Positions 1 through 10,255 of a stretch of 64,000 nucleotides of DNA are shown here, one piece after another. The translations under genes were made by a program, and so were the position numbers. Numbering within the stretch: position 1 is the first letter of the stretch; every line of letters starts with the position of its first letter. The notes below the pieces were generated by a model. It ran no database searches, had not been told where the DNA came from, and was given only the letters and a program-made list of their open reading frames with translations. Source of the stretch: Candidatus Heimdallarchaeota archaeon (lineage in GTDB: Archaea > Asgardarchaeota > Heimdallarchaeia > Hodarchaeales > Hodarchaeaceae); contig RDOB01000001.1 of the NCBI GenBank assembly GCA_011364965.1, positions 1-64,000 of the forward strand. The letters are read 5' to 3'.

Positions 1-2
1 GA

Positions 3-893
3 TGTTAATGCTTTTCCTGCGAGTTTACAGGTGGGAGGTACTATATAGGCAAAAATTTTATCACATTCATTGGCGAGAACGAGTTTAACAGGAATTTTTT
101 TCCGAGTATGTCCTTTATTCATATTATAATCCGTGATTTTCGTATCCCCATTACAAAGCAGCTCATCCTTATACTTCTGAACCAAAGGTTTTACACCTGA
201 ATTAACACGGGCCCGAATAATAAAAAAAACCTGTTTATCAAGGAGCCACTCGACTAAGTCATAGTTATAAAAATCTCCATCCCCCAATATTCCAATGACC
301 TTTTCTTGAGCGAGTAAAGGGCTTAAGAGGTCTTGAAACCGGTGAAGAGTCGAGTATTTTTTGGGAATTAATTGAACTCCTAATGTAATAGGTTCGGGTG
401 CATTTACCCAAATAACACTGAAAAATTGATAAAATTGGGAAGTACTAGCCTTTGGTTTTCCGTTACGAATATAGGAAGATGTAGTTTTCGCATAATTAGG
501 ATCCAGGTGAAAATCAATCGCAAGTATCATCCCACGCTTTCGTGCACGTTGAAAATTCTCGGGAAGGCTATTTAGAAACTGAAAAAAGCCAATTTGCTGT
601 GTTCCTGTAATTTGGTCAACAGTGTTCGTTTTTAACCAAGCTAAAGTAGTCTCACCGGAAGGAATTGAGATGTTTTGATCTCGAAGATCTCTAGCTTTGC
701 GGGAAATGGAAGTTCGATCTATTGCGGATAGTATAAGTAATTTCAACCGTGATTTCATGTCAAAGGTAGAACTAGTCGGGATTGGATTTGATAATATTTG
801 AAACTTATCAAACCAACGTACCACAAACTTTATAAGAGCTGGAGTTTTTCTAGCTTTTCGTGGTGGAAAGCGAGGTAGCTTTATTTGATCCAT
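3..893 (-). CDS. DDE transposase, ISH3-like, 3' end outside the window (absent from the ORF track)
   Basis: Manual translation from ATG 893: MDQIKLPRFPP...IPSGETTLAWL...MILAIDFHLDPNY...ILGDGDFYNYDLVEWL...FFIIRAR. Shows the first two DDE acidic motifs and no stop up to the window edge. Confidence 0.85.
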   Translation of the reverse strand, partial: MDQIKLPRFPPRKARKTPALIKFVVRWFDKFQILSNPIPTSSTFDMKSRLKLLILSAIDRTSISRKARDLRDQNISIPSGETTLAWLKTNTVDQITGTQQIGFFQFLNSLPENFQRARKRGMILAIDFHLDPNYAKTTSSYIRNGKPKASTSQFYQFFSVIWVNAPEPITLGVQLIPKKYSTLHRFQDLLSPLLAQEKVIGILGDGDFYNYDLVEWLLDKQVFFIIRARVNSGVKPLVQKYKDELLCNGDTKITDYNMNKGHTRKKIPVKLVLANECDKIFAYIVPPTCKLAGKALT

Positions 894-960
894 AATGACT
901 ACTAATCGCTTTTCTCCACATTTAAGTCTTTCCCCTCCAAGATTGGGTCAAACTCTCTCT

Positions 961-982
961 CTCCCATAGTTACGAAGTACTG
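961..982 (-). repeat. Putative terminal inverted repeat (left end) of the IS
   Basis: CAGTACTTCGTAACTATGGGAG about 70-90 nt upstream of the transposase start; the partner repeat is not visible. Confidence 0.45.
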
Positions 983-1022
983 ACGGATTTGACGATGTTA
1001 ATAATTCTTAGCTTTGTCATTT

Positions 1023-1454
1023 TCAATTTTGATATTGATATTTGAAAAGATAATATGGATTTTCCTCAGGTCCCAAAAACAAAAATGCTCCTCGAAGTGT
1101 TAAAAGGTTTATAGACACCACAATGCCTAGAGTTCCTTTATTAATTGTAACTAATGAGAATGTTATAATTAATAAGCTTATTACGGTACCAGTAAGGATC
1201 ATGGTACGGTGTAGTTTCTTAGTTCGAAACTTTCTTTGTAAAGGATCCTCCTCTGCAAACGCATAATCGATAGCTAATATACTAAGATTGTAAGTAAGAA
1301 TAGCGGCCCAAATTAAAAAAAACACAAAGATAAAGAGCATCATCACGATATCTAAACCTATAATAATTCTAGTAACCTCGTATAAAGAATCAAATACAAT
1401 TAATACGACAACAAGGATACCTAAACCGATATCAAAGCGATTGAGGGAATTCAT
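1023..1454 (-). CDS. Hypothetical membrane protein (about 4 TM)
   Basis: 143 aa ORF with four hydrophobic stretches. Confidence 0.6.
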   Translation of the reverse strand: MNSLNRFDIGLGILVVVLIVFDSLYEVTRIIIGLDIVMMLFIFVFFLIWAAILTYNLSILAIDYAFAEEDPLQRKFRTKKLHRTMILTGTVISLLIITFSLVTINKGTLGIVVSINLLTLRGAFLFLGPEENPYYLFKYQYQN

Positions 1455-1545
1455 TCTTTACAGAGAATTCGCGGAGTTTAATGTTTTAAATATGTAATAT
1501 TAATGAAATTAGGGTTTCGCTAGAAAATAGAGGATTCTCTCTTTT

Positions 1546-1731
1546 TCACTCTTTTTTAAAAGAGAAGAAAACCTTTTTTTCCGCGAAACATACAGGACAG
1601 ACCCAATCGTTTGGGAGTCTTGTAAAAGGGGTACCTGGTTTAATTCCTAATACTGCGTCACCTATTTCAGGTTTGTAAATATACCCACATACCCTACAAC
1701 AGAACCATCCTTCTATCATTGAGATAAACAA
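1546..1731 (-). CDS. Rubredoxin
   Basis: CRVCGYIY...PGTPF..LP.DWVCPVC rubredoxin signature. Confidence 0.92.
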   Translation of the reverse strand: MFISMIEGWFCCRVCGYIYKPEIGDAVLGIKPGTPFTRLPNDWVCPVCFAEKKVFFSFKKE

Positions 1732-1756
1732 CTTTAAATCGATATTTCACTTTTTC

Positions 1757-2776
1757 TCAGTTTCCATCTATTATCCCTTCCGATGTGACGGAAAATACAG
1801 CTTCACTTTCCGGGAGAAGAGGACTATCAACAATTCTAGCAATTCTAAGATCACCCTTAGATTTTCTCAAATAAACACGGGTTTGAGCGGCATGAGCAAC
1901 AATATTTCCACCGACAGGATAAGTTGGATCTCCAAAGAATTGATCTGGTTTTGATTGAACCTGATTTGTGACAATTACAGCCATATTTCCTATTTCCGCT
2001 GCTCTCAATATTGTATGTATGTGTTGATTCAACTTTTGCTGCCTAGCTGCAAGTGTACCTCTTCCTGTGAATTCAGCACGAAAATGAGCAATAAGTGAAT
2101 CGACAACCATTAACTTAACAGGTTCCTTAGGAAGGTAATCTTTGATTGTTTTTTCAACTAGAACCATTTGGTGGTCGCTATTATGGGCTCGACCGTGAAG
2201 AATGTTTTCTAAGACCTTTTCGACATCAAGATCCTCTTTAAACCTTTCTGCCATCGAAACTATTCTTTCGGGTCTGAAAGTTCCTTCACTATCAATATAC
2301 ATCACCTTCGGATACTCATCACCATCACGTAAACCTCCTTTCTCCCGAGGTAATTGGACTGTTACACATAATTGATGAGCAACCTGAGTTTTTCCTGAAC
2401 GATATTCTCCATAAAATTCTGTTACAGCCCCTGTTTCGATCCCTCCACCAAATAACATATCTAATTTCTGACTTCCGGTAGTGATCTTTGCTAAATCCTT
2501 TCGTCTTTCTAAAACAGACTTTGCTGTCTCAAAATCGATATCAAGGGCTGCTTGCGCAGCTTCAATAATCTTCTTGACAGTTCTTTCGCCCATTCCACCT
2601 ATAGCAGCCAATTCACCCACTGATACAGTCGCAATTGATTCTAATGTTGAAAAACCAGCTTCAACTAGCTTGTTTGCTGTGGTTGGTCCAATTCCTGGAA
2701 GATCTGTTATCGATGTAATCTTTGGTTCATCTTTCGAGGGGGGTTCACTAGTTTCAGCTTTTTTCTTAGGTGTCAT
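1757..2776 (-). CDS. radA: DNA repair and recombination protein RadA
   Basis: N-terminal HhH (LPGIGP), FETA polymerisation motif, Walker A GEYRSGKT, YIDSEGTFRPER, RQQKL, GGNIVAH. Confidence 0.97.
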   Translation of the reverse strand: MTPKKKAETSEPPSKDEPKITSITDLPGIGPTTANKLVEAGFSTLESIATVSVGELAAIGGMGERTVKKIIEAAQAALDIDFETAKSVLERRKDLAKITTGSQKLDMLFGGGIETGAVTEFYGEYRSGKTQVAHQLCVTVQLPREKGGLRDGDEYPKVMYIDSEGTFRPERIVSMAERFKEDLDVEKVLENILHGRAHNSDHQMVLVEKTIKDYLPKEPVKLMVVDSLIAHFRAEFTGRGTLAARQQKLNQHIHTILRAAEIGNMAVIVTNQVQSKPDQFFGDPTYPVGGNIVAHAAQTRVYLRKSKGDLRIARIVDSPLLPESEAVFSVTSEGIIDGN

Positions 2777-3192
2777 TTTTTCTCCTGTCCTTAACTATCT
2801 GCTATATTATGATTAATTTGATCCAATATTCCTCTGAATGAGCCTTCTTTTTTATTCAAAATAATATAATGATAATTTGAATCAATTTAGGCCTTAAATG
2901 AATATTGATCTTTTGGAAATTCTCCTGTAGAAACATTCAATATAACTTTATTAAGTGCTTCGATGAGATTCACCTCAAACTCGCAAATTTCAATCCTATT
3001 TCTTAAAGACTCTAAAGAACGGACTTTTCAAATTAAAAATGCAAAGATTAATATCTTCAATTCAGCTTTTCTCTCTTAATTCCTGTTAGATTTTATTAGG
3101 GAATACAAAAATCCTTAAATCCATCATATAGTGATACACTTCTATAGTGTTAGGAATCACAATAACTATCTGTGAATAAAGAATAAAACAGA

Positions 3193-4119
3193 ATGGGATC
3201 AAACTTGAACATTATCAGATATTCTATGCCTAAATTAAATCTGGGTCGCTTTCTTCACATTCGAAGACGTGCAATTTCTCCAGTTATTGCAACTATCATG
3301 ATTTTCGGTTTAATCATAACAGGTGTAATGATTACATTTATTCAAGTACTTCCCTACATTGAAAAAGCAAAAAGCCAAGAATCGGTTTCAGCGGTACAGA
3401 ATAGCTTCCTTGAATTGGATACTGCTATCAAATCACTAATTAGTGAAAGTGGATCTCCTGGGGGTTATAGAACGGTTTTTGTTCAAAAACCTCAAGGTAG
3501 AATTGATTATATACCCAATCGTAATTTTGTATCTTTTGGTCTTAAAGATCAAGATGATAATTCTATACTCATGATTTTACAGGAACAGGGAATGGGATTA
3601 TTAGATTGGCAATATAGTAGTCCACAATCTCTTCTTCCTCGTGGAACAACGAAATTCTTAACAGGTCCTGATCCTTATAAAACGCGGAATCCTGTTTTCC
3701 TCACTGGTACTTTCTCAAACGAAGAGTATAATGATCTAACAAATTTGACTTTAAGTCATCAGAATGACCGAAAACATCATATTTCTTTAAATTATCGAAT
3801 TTCCGTTTATTTAACTATTTCTACTCAACCAAACCCTCAGATTCAGATTCAAGTCTTTTTGATAATTCTATCAGCAGATTTTAATTCAATTTTCTCTCAA
3901 TATAAACAATTTTCGATACGTTCAACTCAAAATATTTCCACGCCAGTTAATATTCCAAAAAATGATTCAATAGCAGAATTAAATCTTGTGTGGAAGAATG
4001 AAAAAATGCAGACATTTGATTCACTCTGGAATACAAAAGCGATTCAAGGATTCGAACCGAAATATTTCGATATTGTGATTCAAACTTATATATTTGAAAT
4101 TGGTTTATCTACAACCTAA
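3193..4119 (+). CDS. Type IV pilin-like protein with class III signal peptide
   Basis: RRRA|ISPVIATIMIFGLII: basic residues, Ala at -1, then a hydrophobic helix; first gene of the pilus operon. Confidence 0.8.
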   Translation: MGSNLNIIRYSMPKLNLGRFLHIRRRAISPVIATIMIFGLIITGVMITFIQVLPYIEKAKSQESVSAVQNSFLELDTAIKSLISESGSPGGYRTVFVQKPQGRIDYIPNRNFVSFGLKDQDDNSILMILQEQGMGLLDWQYSSPQSLLPRGTTKFLTGPDPYKTRNPVFLTGTFSNEEYNDLTNLTLSHQNDRKHHISLNYRISVYLTISTQPNPQIQIQVFLIILSADFNSIFSQYKQFSIRSTQNISTPVNIPKNDSIAELNLVWKNEKMQTFDSLWNTKAIQGFEPKYFDIVIQTYIFEIGLSTT

Positions 4120-4140
4120 GAAAATGGATTTGGTCAAGAA

Positions 4141-4587
4141 ATGGCGTCTCAATATATTACTTTCATGATTGTTTTCATATTGGGATTAAGTGTTGTTGTG
4201 ATGACAAACACTATGTTCATATCCATGAGCGCACAATTTCAAGAAAATATTGCAGATATCGAAATGGATCAAATATTGAGCAGAGTAAGACTTAATCTTC
4301 AAGAAATGATACTTTTAGTATCAGATTCTAATTTAACTATCCAAAGAGAAATAGATCTTCCCACAATCCTAGGTGAAAGGTTTAGATATTCGATTGATCT
4401 TTCAAATACGACAACCCATATCATTATCAAAGGTTACACAATTAATAGAGAAATATATCAGACAATGGCTTTCTCTATAGAAAATAAATATATTATTCAT
4501 ACCTCAGGTGTTTTTCAAAGCACTTCTAAATTACTAAATCTTAATGTGAGGATTACCTCTAATTTCCTCACAATTTCAATATCCTAA
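4141..4587 (+). CDS. Minor pilin-like protein (N-terminal hydrophobic helix)
   Basis: N-terminal TM helix, an LPTILG..FRYSI segment like archaeal accessory pilins, and operon context. Confidence 0.6.
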   Translation: MASQYITFMIVFILGLSVVVMTNTMFISMSAQFQENIADIEMDQILSRVRLNLQEMILLVSDSNLTIQREIDLPTILGERFRYSIDLSNTTTHIIIKGYTINREIYQTMAFSIENKYIIHTSGVFQSTSKLLNLNVRITSNFLTISIS

Positions 4588-4619
4588 AAAATGATACGAT
4601 AAATATTTAGTCTAACAAG

Positions 4620-6140
4620 GTGAATGAAGTAATGGCCGAATCAAGTAGCTTAATTCGTGAAACATATCCACTAATCCCTCCTTTTAGCTATGCACTTGTT
4701 GCTACAGATCCAGAAACAAAACAAACGAAATATACTGTAGTAGAAGTGCCATTAAGTACAAAAGAAAAAGATATTTTAGATATGGTAAAAAATATCCTCG
4801 AAGAAGAGCTTGATGTTGATTTTAACGTTCTTAAAAGTCCAGATGTAGCTCGAGATTATTTGAGATCAAAAGTTATTGCAATTGCAAAAGATTACGGTCT
4901 TAAATTAGATGAAAAAACCTTTGATAAAATAAATTACCATATAGCACGAGATTTTGTTGGTTTCGGCCCGATAGATGCTATGTTGAAAGATCATAACGTA
5001 GAAGATATATCCTGTGATGGTGTAGGAATTCCAGTCTATATTTGGCATCGAAAATTTGAAAGTATCCAAACAAATGTAAAATTTGATAATGAAGATGATC
5101 TAGACGCATTTATTATTAAATTGGCACAGCGGGCTGGAAGGCATATTAGTGTTGCAAGACCTTTACTAGATGCTGCATTGCCAGATGGCAGTCGATTACA
5201 ATTAACGTATGGCAGAGAGGTCACGCAAAGGGGAAGTACATTTACTATTAGAAAATTCCGTTCAGATCCACTTACAATAACAGATATGGTGATTTTTAAT
5301 ACGATTGATGAAGATCTAGCAGCATTTTTATGGTATGTATTGGAAAATAGAAATTCCATTGTGATTGCAGGAGGTACCGCTGCAGGTAAAACCTCATTAC
5401 TTAACAGTTTAGCAATGTTTATTCGTCCAGGTATGAAGATTGTATCTATTGAAGACACTGCAGAATTACACATTCCACATGAAAATTGGATTCCTGCAGT
5501 TGCAAGGGAGGGTTATGGCGGAAGGGAAATGGATGGATCACGACGGGGTGAGGTTTCAATGTATGATCTTCTCCGTGCTGCTTTAAGACAAAGACCTGAT
5601 TATCTTTTCGTAGGAGAAGTAAGAGGAGCGGAAGCTTACAATCTTTTCCAAGCCATGGCTACTGGGCATACTGGAATGGGCACAATCCACGGGGATAGTG
5701 TAACTGGAACCATTAGAAGGTTAGAAAATGAACCAATGAATATTCCGCGAACATTAATTCAAACACTGAATTTCCTTCTTGTTCTTCGAAAAGTACGAAG
5801 GGGAGACAAACAAGTTCGTCGTGTAATTGAGTGTACTGAGATCGTAGGGATAGATCCCGTAACAACAGAACTCATTACAAACAAGGTATTTGGTTGGAAC
5901 GCAAGAGAAGATTCCTATATCAACTATGGACGGTCTTATGCTTTAGAGGGAATACAAGAAGGCCAAGGATTGACAGAAAACCAGGTTTATGAGGAATTAG
6001 ATCGTCGGAAGACAATTTTACGTTGGATGGTGAAAAAGAAACTTGCTCATTATTCTCAAGTAGCTGAGGTAGTAAATAATTATTATCAAAATCCTCTTGA
6101 AACAGTTGATAGAGCAAAACGAGAATTAAAGTCTCTGTAA
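4620..6140 (+). CDS. Type IV pilus/archaellum-family assembly ATPase (PilB/FlaI/TadA-like)
   Basis: EDISCDG, Walker A GGTAAGKT, SIEDTAE, ALRQRPD, VGEVRGAEA, His box GHTG..TIH. Confidence 0.95.
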   Translation: MNEVMAESSSLIRETYPLIPPFSYALVATDPETKQTKYTVVEVPLSTKEKDILDMVKNILEEELDVDFNVLKSPDVARDYLRSKVIAIAKDYGLKLDEKTFDKINYHIARDFVGFGPIDAMLKDHNVEDISCDGVGIPVYIWHRKFESIQTNVKFDNEDDLDAFIIKLAQRAGRHISVARPLLDAALPDGSRLQLTYGREVTQRGSTFTIRKFRSDPLTITDMVIFNTIDEDLAAFLWYVLENRNSIVIAGGTAAGKTSLLNSLAMFIRPGMKIVSIEDTAELHIPHENWIPAVAREGYGGREMDGSRRGEVSMYDLLRAALRQRPDYLFVGEVRGAEAYNLFQAMATGHTGMGTIHGDSVTGTIRRLENEPMNIPRTLIQTLNFLLVLRKVRRGDKQVRRVIECTEIVGIDPVTTELITNKVFGWNAREDSYINYGRSYALEGIQEGQGLTENQVYEELDRRKTILRWMVKKKLAHYSQVAEVVNNYYQNPLETVDRAKRELKSL

Positions 6141-6147
6141 TAGATGC

Positions 6148-7071
6148 ATGGAGTGTCCTTCTGTGAGTAAATTTATCCGAAGAGTTGGTTATCTTAGATT
6201 TGGAAGATATTTGGAGCCATTATTTGAAAAGGGACGATTTGAACGATTAAATACAAGTCTAAAGAAGGCAGGAATGGATATATCGATACGAGCCTACTTA
6301 GGAAGTGCTCTTTTAACCTCAATTTTGCTTACAATTTTCGTATTTATATTCTCATTTTTGACTTTGAACATTGTATTCCAAAATATCACTCCAGATACAC
6401 CACCAGAAAACATATTGACTGTTTCTTTAATTCTTGGAATTTTTTTGGGTATACTTACTGGAATATTTACTTATTTCCCCTTCCTTTATTGGCCTCAGAT
6501 GAAAGCAACGGATAGAAAAATTCTAATTGAAGCAGGCTTAACTTCAACTGCATCGTACTTATCTGCTATGTCGAGTTCGGGAGTTCCCCCTGATAGATTG
6601 TTTTATTCGTTAGCAGGAGAAGAATCAGTTGCACCTGAAATTTCAAAGGAGAGTAAACGTATCACAAGAGATATTGAAATATTTGGGTATGATATTCTAA
6701 AGGCATTAAGAACTGCAGCTGAACGTTCTCCATCCGAGAGATTCGCAAAATTTCTTGATGGTATGTCTGCAACCATTACAAGTGGAGGAGATTTAACGTT
6801 TTTCTTAGCTGCAGAAACAACTGCTTTGATGAAGGTTAAAGAAGAAGAAACTAAAGAATTTATAGATCAATTAGGAGTTCTTGCAGAAATCTTCATGATT
6901 GTTGGGGTTGTTGCTCCCTTATTTTTTGTAGTAATTCTTGCTATTCTTGCTGTTATAAGCCCTGAAGCAACTCTGGGCCAAGTTTTCATGATTTTCTTAA
7001 CATACTTCATAATGCCTATTCTACTTGTTATTATGAATTTAATGGTTAGTACAATTTCAAGAGAAATCTGA
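6148..7071 (+). CDS. Type IV pilus membrane platform protein (TadC/PilC/FlaJ-like) 1
   Basis: T2SSF-like segment (SSGVPP...FGYDILKAL..AAERSPS..F..FL.G...TITSGGDL) with flanking TM helices. Confidence 0.9.
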   Translation: MECPSVSKFIRRVGYLRFGRYLEPLFEKGRFERLNTSLKKAGMDISIRAYLGSALLTSILLTIFVFIFSFLTLNIVFQNITPDTPPENILTVSLILGIFLGILTGIFTYFPFLYWPQMKATDRKILIEAGLTSTASYLSAMSSSGVPPDRLFYSLAGEESVAPEISKESKRITRDIEIFGYDILKALRTAAERSPSERFAKFLDGMSATITSGGDLTFFLAAETTALMKVKEEETKEFIDQLGVLAEIFMIVGVVAPLFFVVILAILAVISPEATLGQVFMIFLTYFIMPILLVIMNLMVSTISREI

Positions 7072-7093
7072 TCAATATGGAGGTACAAGGATA

Positions 7094-8056
7094 TTGGTAA
7101 AGTTGTCTAAAAAGCGCGAACGAAACCTTTGGATTTTATCTATTGCATTGTTCATAATTAGCTTACCTGTAGGGTTATTATTCTACACTCCCCTAATCGA
7201 ACACTTATTTCAAGTACAACCTCCAACCATTTCAGACCCTCCCTTACCTGAAGGTGAAACTCATCCTTATATCTATTCAATTAGAGAAGTATTTAACATT
7301 GGATTCTTTGATATTATTGATATAACTGCATTAGCTATACTCGCTCTTATTCTGTTACCTGCATTAGCTTACAGATCTGATCGAAACTGGAGGGATAATA
7401 TTGATGAACATATTCCATCCTTACTTAGAGAAATATCTGATGCCCAAAAAACAGGATTACCATTACCCCGAGCAATCATGGAATCATCTAAACATCAATA
7501 TGGTGCTCTTACTCCTGAGCTCAAAAAAATGGCAGCAAAAATTAGTTGGGGGATTCCTTTCTATGATGCACTTCGCAGTCTAACGGAAACTGCAGACACC
7601 CCCTTAATGAAGAGAACATCATTATTGATACTAGAAGCTGAAAGATCTGGTGGTGCAATTGAAGAGGTGTTTGAAGCAGCACATAAACATGTTTCAGAAA
7701 TCTTGGGGCTTAAAAGAGAACGGTTAGGGGCAATGAAACCTTATACTATGATAATTTATGCTTCATTCATTGTTTTTGCTCTAGTGATGCTCATTCTCCT
7801 CTATTCATTCTTTACAATACTCGCTCTTCAAATTGTTGAAGCAGTCGCAGAAGGGCAAAATCCCACCGCAAAGCTCCCCTTTAATTTAGCAGGATTACAA
7901 TTAATATTCTTCCACTTAATGCTAATTGAAGCTACCTTTGCAGGCCTAATTGCAGGAAAAATGGGTGAGGGAGACTCAAAATTAGGTTTAAGACACTCAT
8001 GTATACTAGTGGGGATCTCATATTTATTCTTTAAGATTCCGATATACTTTTTATAA
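7094..8056 (+). CDS. Type IV pilus membrane platform protein (TadC/PilC/FlaJ-like) 2
   Basis: TGLPL..AI...YGAL..EL..ISWGIPF..AL, SGG.I.EV, and C-terminal FAGLIAGKMGEG...GLRH. Confidence 0.9.
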   Translation: MVKLSKKRERNLWILSIALFIISLPVGLLFYTPLIEHLFQVQPPTISDPPLPEGETHPYIYSIREVFNIGFFDIIDITALAILALILLPALAYRSDRNWRDNIDEHIPSLLREISDAQKTGLPLPRAIMESSKHQYGALTPELKKMAAKISWGIPFYDALRSLTETADTPLMKRTSLLILEAERSGGAIEEVFEAAHKHVSEILGLKRERLGAMKPYTMIIYASFIVFALVMLILLYSFFTILALQIVEAVAEGQNPTAKLPFNLAGLQLIFFHLMLIEATFAGLIAGKMGEGDSKLGLRHSCILVGISYLFFKIPIYFL

Positions 8057-8075
8057 GCATAAGAGGTTGTAAAAA

Positions 8076-8534
8076 ATGGGAAAAGAAGAAAAAATGTTAA
8101 CAGAACTGCTAGAAAAAATCTCAACGCTGGAAGATAAGATTACAAACATGGAATTCCTCTTAGTTCAAGGTATGGGAACTGGAGGGGGATCACTTCCCAC
8201 TCCAAGTCCTTCAGTAAATACTGGTCAAATTCCAGCAGGCGCAGTAAAAGTTGACCTCGCTCCGATTGAAAATCGCATAACACTGATCGAAGAAAATGTT
8301 AAAGTAATTACAAATCAACTTACATCATTAACAGAAGTAACTAAAGGAATGCAGACTGAAAAAACACAAAAAGCAGATGAATTAATAACTCAAGCTACCA
8401 CCCTTCTTGAAAGAGGACTACAACTCACCGAGTTAGAGACAACAATGCTCGAGGTAAAAGATCGCCTTGAAGAAATTATTGTACAACTTGAGGTAGCAAA
8501 TGTAGGTGTAGTTAGTGAAGAAAAATCTTCGTAG
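8076..8534 (+). CDS. Coiled-coil hypothetical protein in the pilus operon
   Basis: Heptad-rich helices separated by a G/P/S linker; SD-like GAGG upstream. Confidence 0.65.
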   Translation: MGKEEKMLTELLEKISTLEDKITNMEFLLVQGMGTGGGSLPTPSPSVNTGQIPAGAVKVDLAPIENRITLIEENVKVITNQLTSLTEVTKGMQTEKTQKADELITQATTLLERGLQLTELETTMLEVKDRLEEIIVQLEVANVGVVSEEKSS

Positions 8535-8571
8535 AATGAAAAAGCTATAAGTTACAGGAATAATTAGAACG

Positions 8572-9753
8572 ATGAACAGGAAGATTGGCTTTTTATTCAA
8601 AAGAAGGAGAGGACAAATAAGAGCAGTGGATTTTGTTGTTAGCCTCTTTCTTTTTTTATTAATGCTATCACAACTAATCTTGTTAATCATTAATGTTCAA
8701 TCAGGAATAATTAGCACTCGTGAGGGATACATTTCATATGATGAATTAGATATTTTTGGAAGAGCAATTCTACAAAAAGAGGGGGATCCTAATTGGGGAT
8801 ATCAGCAAGGACTCCCTGACAATTTTGGTTTAGCCATAGAGAACTCACATTCAGGATTAACCTTAGATCCATCCAAAATTGCACGATTAATAACTGGTAC
8901 AACATATCCTATTTCTTCAGTATCAGGTTTTGATATATTTGACTATTCTACATTAAAGAATTGGATACATCTTGAATCAGAATATGATTTTCAACTTACA
9001 TTAACTCCGAGTCTAAATGTGGATTTATCAGTGACTTTAGAAAATACTTCATGGAACAATCTTGAAGTTTTTGTATCAGGATCCAATGAAATACCTATTG
9101 AGAACGCAATAGCTCAATTTTGGATACTTGATTTGACCGATAGGGAAATTATTAACAATGGAATTCAAACTACAGATCAATGGGGAGAAGCAGTAATTCA
9201 ATATGAAGTACCAAATTTAAATGATCCAGAAAGAGCTCATATTCCAATAGTTATTGTTAGCAAATTTAATTTATGGGGATTAGACTGGGTCAATCCTAAT
9301 CTAGAAAGAGCTGTTGTTGGGACAGTCTCAAACACCACTTTATGGTTAGGAGGTACCTCTCCTTCAACAATGCTGGTTTCAGACATTTTGGAGTCTACAG
9401 GAACTCTTGATACCCACTTTTTATCAATATTATATGAAGATACCAATGGAGTCTACAAAAATATTTCATTAGACGTGTCTACAAGTCTCGATGCAAATGA
9501 ATCACTTGGTATTCCTAGTGAGGGACTAGTAGTATGTTTTAGCATTTCCAAATTTGATAGTGTCTATAAAGTAGGAGTAGGGACATATCCAGCCATATTA
9601 GACAATGACTTATCAGCTTCTGGATCATTTTACCAAATTTTTGGAGAACTGACTTTTCCTGACCGAATCAGAGCAATGATCTCCAAAGATTTTCCAGTAA
9701 TTGTCCGAGGTTTGTCAATGAAGTGTCAAATTACACTTTGGAGGGAAGGTTAA
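8572..9753 (+). CDS. Large minor pilin/adhesin with GQ-type class III signal
   Basis: KRRRG|QIRAVDFVVSLFLFLL followed by a beta-rich extracellular region. Confidence 0.8.
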   Translation: MNRKIGFLFKRRRGQIRAVDFVVSLFLFLLMLSQLILLIINVQSGIISTREGYISYDELDIFGRAILQKEGDPNWGYQQGLPDNFGLAIENSHSGLTLDPSKIARLITGTTYPISSVSGFDIFDYSTLKNWIHLESEYDFQLTLTPSLNVDLSVTLENTSWNNLEVFVSGSNEIPIENAIAQFWILDLTDREIINNGIQTTDQWGEAVIQYEVPNLNDPERAHIPIVIVSKFNLWGLDWVNPNLERAVVGTVSNTTLWLGGTSPSTMLVSDILESTGTLDTHFLSILYEDTNGVYKNISLDVSTSLDANESLGIPSEGLVVCFSISKFDSVYKVGVGTYPAILDNDLSASGSFYQIFGELTFPDRIRAMISKDFPVIVRGLSMKCQITLWREG

Positions 9754-9757
9754 AACT

Positions 9758-10255
9758 TTGTTAAACAAAAGAAAAGGACAATTACAGATTGCAGAAACTT
9801 TAGTTTCTGTCACCTTAATGCTAGCTCTTGCTCTCCTTTTAATTAGTGCTGCTAACCAATTAACTTCACCTTCAACAGACTTTACATATTTAAATCAAAC
9901 CGCAGAAGATATTCTTGCCACAGCGGATGAATTAGGATTATTAAGACCATGTGTTTACCTATTTGGTAATATAAATTATGATGATGCATATACTCTCTAT
10001 CAGGATGCATTAATAGATTATATTAAGGTTCATATGCCACCCAAACTAGGTTATTCTTTGATTTGTCATGAAATCATTGATGGTAGTACAAATCCCTCTT
10101 ACTTTACCATCATTGGAACCTCTGCAGATATATTAGCTTATCAGGGGGATGCTATCGTTGTCGCTAATTACCATCTAGGATCTTTCAGTTCCTCAGAATT
10201 TGGATTATTTGATTTACAATATCTTGTTCAATTATTTATTTGGGAGAAGATCTAG
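9758..10255 (+). CDS. Minor pilin with GQ-type class III signal
   Basis: KRKG|QLQIAETLVSVTLMLAL. Confidence 0.8.
   Translation: MLNKRKGQLQIAETLVSVTLMLALALLLISAANQLTSPSTDFTYLNQTAEDILATADELGLLRPCVYLFGNINYDDAYTLYQDALIDYIKVHMPPKLGYSLICHEIIDGSTNPSYFTIIGTSADILAYQGDAIVVANYHLGSFSSSEFGLFDLQYLVQLFIWEKI

Larger units (their letters stand above)
1..982 (-). mobile_element. ISH3-like (IS4-clan) insertion sequence, truncated by the window start
   Basis: Transposase ORF plus a candidate end reading 5'-CAGTACTTCGTAACT on the minus strand at 982, resembling ISH3-type CAGTA ends. The other end is outside the window. Confidence 0.7.
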
